Part shown: positions 59,917 through 64,000 of the stretch, in pieces | Layout: every line of letters starts with the position of its first letter | Numbering within the stretch: the first letter of the stretch is position 1 | IMG/VR virus record: IMGVR_UViG_3300014203_000016 | Span: 1-64,000 of that record | Length of the DNA: 64,000 nt | Source: a virus | Lineage: Duplodnaviria; Caudoviricetes | Reading direction: 5' to 3' (one strand) | Made by a program: the position numbers and the translations under genes | Notes under the pieces: model-generated | The model's input: only the letters and a program-made list of their open reading frames with translations | Databases searched by the model: none | Told to the model about the DNA's origin: nothing

Positions 59917-61284
59917 TTATTCCGCCAAGAAATTAGCCGTTGCGCCGGCGGAAGGTATGCCTTTTAGTGCGGTCTGCTTTTTGATGGCTTGCATCAACTG
60001 GTACCCTTGTCTGGCGTCTTCTTTCTTCAGCGTTTCCTCAATCTTCTTCATGCGCAACAATGACGTTGCCCGTGTCACGGTATATATTTCTTTTGTTTTC
60101 TGTTTTTTCTGGGCATTGTTTTCTTCCAAACCAATGGCCGCTTCGTTCAGCAAGGCATTCATCCTTGCGCTTTGTGTTTCTTGATAACTATTCATCGCAT
60201 GCAACGCCGGCAAAGTCGTTGATTGGAAGACAGCATTGTGCACCGCCAACTCGTCAATAATCTTTTTTTGGTTGTCTGGGGAGTAAATGCCGCGCAGACT
60301 TGTTTTCATGTGATGCTTTTCGTCATTTCGAACATCCACCGATAACGTAAGCATTAGCCCAAAATTAGTCAAGTTCTCTTCCCAAATTTTATTGTCTTCT
60401 GTCAAAAACAAGAGCGAATCGAGCACTTCTTGGCCATCTTGGTACCTTTCGTGTTCCATGCTTTCTTCCAAGAAGGCAAAGGTGCCTTGGAAATCACGCG
60501 TTTTCGACCGAACCAGCGTCAATGAATCCGTCAGTTGGGCGTTTTGGTTCGCATAAAGAGACTGCTGTTTCGTGGTTGCATGCAGCAAATCCTTTTTGGC
60601 CGTCACCAGTTCCGGATTGTAGAGAATGGCATTCTTGTAGACCGCATAGGAGCCGTCTTTCGCATTGCTTGCTGTCAGGGAACGTTTGTGCCACTCCTGT
60701 TCGTTTTGCAAAAGCTCCTCTTGCCAACCTTTTTCTTCAAAAAGGATGCCGGGGATATCCAAAGCCGGCACGCAAATGCGTTGCAGGTAATCTTCTACCA
60801 ACAGATAATCTTTGCTGAGTTCGAAATAGTCGGCATACAGCTCTAAACGGATGTTTCCTTCGACTCCTTCGATTTGGTCTTCGATGATTTCCACCAAAAA
60901 TTCCCCGGCCGGCGTCGCAATCGCACCCAAAGCCATTTTGTAATCCAAGAAAGTCAGCTCCCCTGGTGGTAAACCAAGGGTTTCTTTGGCTTTTGCGATG
61001 TCCAAGCGGAACTTTTCTTCTATAGAGAAGCTGATTTTCTTGAATTCCGCTTCCAGCTCGGCAAGTCTTTCCAGTAAAACCGCTTTTGATTCCTCGAAAG
61101 TCACGATTGTATTTGTGACCAAGCCGGTGCCAATCTGGTTTCCGGGTTTGGAAAGCTGTAGATTTTCCGTTATGGCCGCTCCAACGTCGGTTATCCATCC
61201 GGTTTTTTGGCGTTCATCGCGTTCAAAAGACGGTTTGTACTCCAATGTTCCCGCTAAGGCATTTTCTTCTAACATTTCAGACAT
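59917..61284 (-). CDS. Hypothetical helical protein between terminase and portal (455 aa)
   Basis: Start ATG 61284 with SD AAGGAGG; no family recognised. Confidence 0.7.
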   Translation of the reverse strand: MSEMLEENALAGTLEYKPSFERDERQKTGWITDVGAAITENLQLSKPGNQIGTGLVTNTIVTFEESKAVLLERLAELEAEFKKISFSIEEKFRLDIAKAKETLGLPPGELTFLDYKMALGAIATPAGEFLVEIIEDQIEGVEGNIRLELYADYFELSKDYLLVEDYLQRICVPALDIPGILFEEKGWQEELLQNEQEWHKRSLTASNAKDGSYAVYKNAILYNPELVTAKKDLLHATTKQQSLYANQNAQLTDSLTLVRSKTRDFQGTFAFLEESMEHERYQDGQEVLDSLLFLTEDNKIWEENLTNFGLMLTLSVDVRNDEKHHMKTSLRGIYSPDNQKKIIDELAVHNAVFQSTTLPALHAMNSYQETQSARMNALLNEAAIGLEENNAQKKQKTKEIYTVTRATSLLRMKKIEETLKKEDARQGYQLMQAIKKQTALKGIPSAGATANFLAE

Positions 61285-61305
61285 GCTGGTTCCTCCTTCT
61301 TTAAG

Positions 61306-61334
61306 AAAAAGCCCCTCGGTATGCACCAAGAGGT
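61306..61334 (-). terminator. Possible intrinsic terminator after terL
   Basis: CCTC(TT)GGT-GCAT-ACCGAGG followed by GGCTTTTT. Confidence 0.45.
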
Positions 61335-61356
61335 CTTGTTCTGTTTTCTTGTTTCG

Positions 61357-62652
61357 TTACAAACCGCGTCTTTTGATTGGTTTCCGGCTCGATACTTGCC
61401 CGCGACGGCCCCAGCCGAGGCCATCGTTCGCGCTTTTCCTGCCGGCATAGCCGATATTGACCTTCCGTAAAGGCGGACTGCCCGGTTCATCCCATTCCTC
61501 AACGACGCTTCGTTTGTCCAAGCGCTGTTTGATGAGGTTGTTCAAGGGGTCTACGCGCATGACTCTCGTCACATGCGCGTTGCGGGCCGTTTCGGTTTGG
61601 TAAATCGTGTTGACCAAGTCCGGGTATTCCTCGATAAAAGCATAAAGCGCAAATATCATGGCATCCAATGCGTGTTCGTCTTCACTGGTGTAAACCGGTT
61701 CTTGCGTTTTCCCGGATACGCGCACGACTTGGTAGTTCGTCATCTGGCGGTGAATCACTTCGGATATCTCTTTGTTCGGAATCCGCAACTGTCCGCGTTC
61801 CAGTAACAGCGTGGTCTGGTTGACCAGGAACGGTTTCAGCGGCTTGCGTTCGAAGATGCGGGAAATCGGGTCGCGGACTTCCGTGGAAGAACCATAGAAT
61901 ACCCCTTTTACCTTTTCGCCCAACGCTTTACGCAAGATTTCGATTTGATATTCACCCGCACCCCGGTCAGGGTAGATGGCAAACGGTTTGTATTTCTCAT
62001 CCAGTTCCATTACCGTTTTCACGGTCAAATCGTAATGCATATCCGATTTCGGAATCTCGATATGGTTGATGACTTTGAAACGTCCGAATCCGGGTTCTTC
62101 GATGCCCAATTCTGGGCGCACCCGGCGTTCGTCGAATGGGTCGTATTGCATGACGACGATGTTCGATTGGTTCCCGAACTTATCAAAGTCGATACCGATA
62201 GCGACTGGACTGTCCGTATTGCTTCTTTCTTCGAACAGGTAAGGGCGCGAGGAAGCTTCATCGATGTATTCCTTGTTGAATACCCCGATAGTCTCGGTTC
62301 CAAACTCAGCCAGTACTTCGTGCTCATAAGCGACTTCCGAGAATTGCTGATGCAGTTCCCGTTCCATCGATGCAGACCACTCCGGGTTGGCCATGGACGG
62401 GATGTGGAACTCTTTCCAACCCTCGGCATCTTCGCGGACGTACTTCTTCGAATCGTACACATAACCCAATTGCTTGGTGTTGACCGGTGGCACCGCGCCG
62501 TCGTTGTTGAATTTCATTTCGACGCAGGCATTGTAGAACATCCCGCGCCGTCCGGTCGGGGTGGATGCCATCATGACACCGATACGTTTCGGTGCTTCCA
62601 GGGTGATGGCGTAAATCGTTTGGAAATCCTGGTCGGTCATATAATCGACTTC
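61357..62652 (-). CDS. terL: Terminase large subunit, 3' exon (rest of the ATPase plus nuclease domain)
   Basis: Begins EVDYM, completing Walker B. ASTPTG coupling motif; IGIDF and HALDA nuclease acidic motifs. Confidence 0.92.
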   Translation of the reverse strand, partial: EVDYMTDQDFQTIYAITLEAPKRIGVMMASTPTGRRGMFYNACVEMKFNNDGAVPPVNTKQLGYVYDSKKYVREDAEGWKEFHIPSMANPEWSASMERELHQQFSEVAYEHEVLAEFGTETIGVFNKEYIDEASSRPYLFEERSNTDSPVAIGIDFDKFGNQSNIVVMQYDPFDERRVRPELGIEEPGFGRFKVINHIEIPKSDMHYDLTVKTVMELDEKYKPFAIYPDRGAGEYQIEILRKALGEKVKGVFYGSSTEVRDPISRIFERKPLKPFLVNQTTLLLERGQLRIPNKEISEVIHRQMTNYQVVRVSGKTQEPVYTSEDEHALDAMIFALYAFIEEYPDLVNTIYQTETARNAHVTRVMRVDPLNNLIKQRLDKRSVVEEWDEPGSPPLRKVNIGYAGRKSANDGLGWGRRGQVSSRKPIKRRGL

Positions 62653-62716
62653 CGTCACCTTGCGGTAATCGCTACTTACCTCCCCGATTTCTCGGGGGAC
62701 GAGACCATATCATTAT

Positions 62717-62923
62717 TTAGTCGGTTTCCGGTTCGGGTTCTTCTACGTAATCGGCATGTTTGTGCTTCACCAGATGCATCTTTGTTCCTTCCAATTCCGG
62801 TCTGTGAACCAGATAGCCTTGTTTTGTGTCTAAACATAGAGGGAACTGCTCTCCTTGGTGGCCAAAATACCATAATCGTGTATCGTCTCCGTATCCTTTT
62901 AGCGTTGTTTTGATTTCTATCAT
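62717..62923 (-). CDS. Intron-encoded hypothetical protein in the P8 loop (68 aa)
   Basis: SD AGGAGG; stop codon within the 3' strand of P8; no nuclease motif seen. Confidence 0.55.
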   Translation of the reverse strand: MIEIKTTLKGYGDDTRLWYFGHQGEQFPLCLDTKQGYLVHRPELEGTKMHLVKHKHADYVEEPEPETD

Positions 62924-63036
62924 GCTAATCCTCCTAAATATTGTGCGCTTCGAATTAAGGGGGTTTCACCCGCCCGCTTGGGCCCTACTCCTGTTGCCGC
63001 ATCTCACGGCCGCCATAGGATGGTCGTTGAACGTTC

Positions 63037-63411
63037 CTAATTGGTTTGTTGTGCAAAGTGGTCTTTGAGAATCGTCTCAGCTACCGCTTGTGTCATCGCA
63101 CAGGGAAACAACTCCTGCACCGGGTAGCGTTGGCTTAAAGCTTCTTTCTCGATGGCGATAAGGCTGTCTGACATCAGCAGGCCGTCTGCATAGAGCTGAA
63201 TGAAGACATGCTGTTCCGTTTCGCTGGCAATTTTGTCGCAGAATAGGGTGTATTCCGTTTCCGTTTCGCCGTAGTAATACCACTCTTGCCCAATGAGGCT
63301 TCGCTTATGATTGCCTTGAGGAGAAGGAATCAACTTCTCTCTTTCTACATTGCGTAAAGTGGATTGGTTGGATTCTTCCATAAAAAACAATTCTCTTTCT
63401 TCCTGTTCCAT
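63037..63411 (-). CDS. Intron-encoded hypothetical protein overlapping the ribozyme core (124 aa)
   Basis: SD AAGGAG; reads through the Q element (codons GNHKRS); stop within the 3' strand of P6a. Confidence 0.55.
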   Translation of the reverse strand: MEQEERELFFMEESNQSTLRNVEREKLIPSPQGNHKRSLIGQEWYYYGETETEYTLFCDKIASETEQHVFIQLYADGLLMSDSLIAIEKEALSQRYPVQELFPCAMTQAVAETILKDHFAQQTN

Positions 63412-63490
63412 GTTTTATCTTCTCCTTTTAGGTTTCCATGAGTTCACACAATTCTTCGATTCATCTCACGATGAAAAGGGACAAAGTTTT

Positions 63491-64000
63491 ATCCATATAA
63501 AGCCAATCGGCCTTTTGTCCACGTAAGCTTGCGCCGCCCGACCCGCTTTTTGTTCCTGCGGTGAAGAGCTTGATAACAGAGCCGTTGTGGAATTTGATGT
63601 AATAGGGGTTTTTCGTTGTACTCTTGATGGAATTCCGTAGAATTTCGTTTGCTTCGATGAAGGTGTTCAGCTGGTCATAAATCAGCTTCGCTTGGCTGTC
63701 GTACGGGGTCGCTACGACGCAGGTTGCACCGCCTTGGGCCAATGCGCCACCGTTGGCTGTAAAGGCCACCCAGAGCATGTGTGCGCACATTGTCCATGTG
63801 TTGTGGACCAGGATGTCTTCGACAACCAAATTGTGCACTTCCGGGACAAAGACATCATAGGTCTGCTGGTCGCCCATCGGGATAATCGCGGTGACTTCTT
63901 CCCAATAGATATCCGAACGGGCCAAATCGTAGAGGAACGGGTACTGCAGGTTATCCGCATAACGGGCCGCTTTTTCTTCGGATAAGCCGATGTTGGGCCG
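63491..64000 (-). CDS. terL: Terminase large subunit, 5' exon (truncated; includes the intein C-terminus)
   Basis: Open frame from 64000. After the intein it reads TWTMCAH...VVATPYDSQA...LRGQKADWLYMD. Confidence 0.9.
63800..64000 (-). mobile_element. Intein, C-terminal part, inserted in terL
   Basis: SDIYWEEV...TYDVFVPEVHNLVVEDILVHN followed by Thr: blocks F and G with the terminal His-Asn and a +1 nucleophile. Confidence 0.92.

Larger units (their letters stand above)
62653..63490 (-). ncRNA. Group I self-splicing intron (838 nt, IA-like) in terL Walker B
   Basis: P1 GGAU/GUCC with U-G. P2 UUCAUC-GUGA-GAUGAA. P3 UUGUGUG/CGCACAA. P4 CUCAUG/CAUAAG (one mismatch). P6a CCUCAUUGG/CCAAUUAGG. P7 GACCA/UGGUC. 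P8 UAUUUAG/CUAAAUA. P9 CCCCGA-GAAA-UCGGGG. Terminal G. Splicing restores WLYMD-EVDY. Confidence 0.93.

Noticed and set aside
108-63068. Many long plus-strand ORFs (e.g. 30402-32024, 34983-36605, 23403-24992)
   Set aside because: They are antisense shadows of codon-biased minus-strand genes, with no SD, atypical composition and complete overlap.
1-64000. CRISPR arrays, tRNA/rRNA genes, DGR cassette, integrase or host genes
   Set aside because: None was recognised. The window is almost fully coding, with only short intergenic gaps. A tRNAscan or minCED run would confirm this.

Overview
The whole 64 kb window is one minus-strand late (virion morphogenesis) region of a large contractile-tailed phage. 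Strong GGAGG ribosome sites and the peptidoglycan enzymes suggest a Bacillota (Firmicutes) host. I saw no host genes, tRNA, rRNA or CRISPR array. In transcription order (right to left): terminase large subunit (truncated, with an intein and a group I intron), orphan, portal, prohead protease/scaffold, decoration protein, major capsid, head completion and neck genes, a sheath paralogue, tail terminator, sheath, three tube-like paralogues and two chaperones. Three giant genes follow, then cell-wall hydrolases, spike, baseplate and fibre genes; the last fibre gene runs off position 1 and is missing from the ORF track. Main discovery: the 2471-aa protein at 29649-37064 carries recognisable beta-like and beta-prime-like motifs of a two-barrel RNA polymerase in one chain (NRQPT...GADYDGD), fused to an apparently intact N-terminal DEDDh 3'-5' exonuclease. 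Its neighbours are an intron-split tape-measure-like gene (2170 aa after splicing, with a degenerate SNase fold) and a 2360-aa hub-like protein with an intact thermonuclease motif set. Two group I introns can be mapped to the nucleotide. The terminase intron carries two non-nuclease ORFs, one of which reads through the ribozyme core. All domain calls are by-eye motif recognition; no database search was run.
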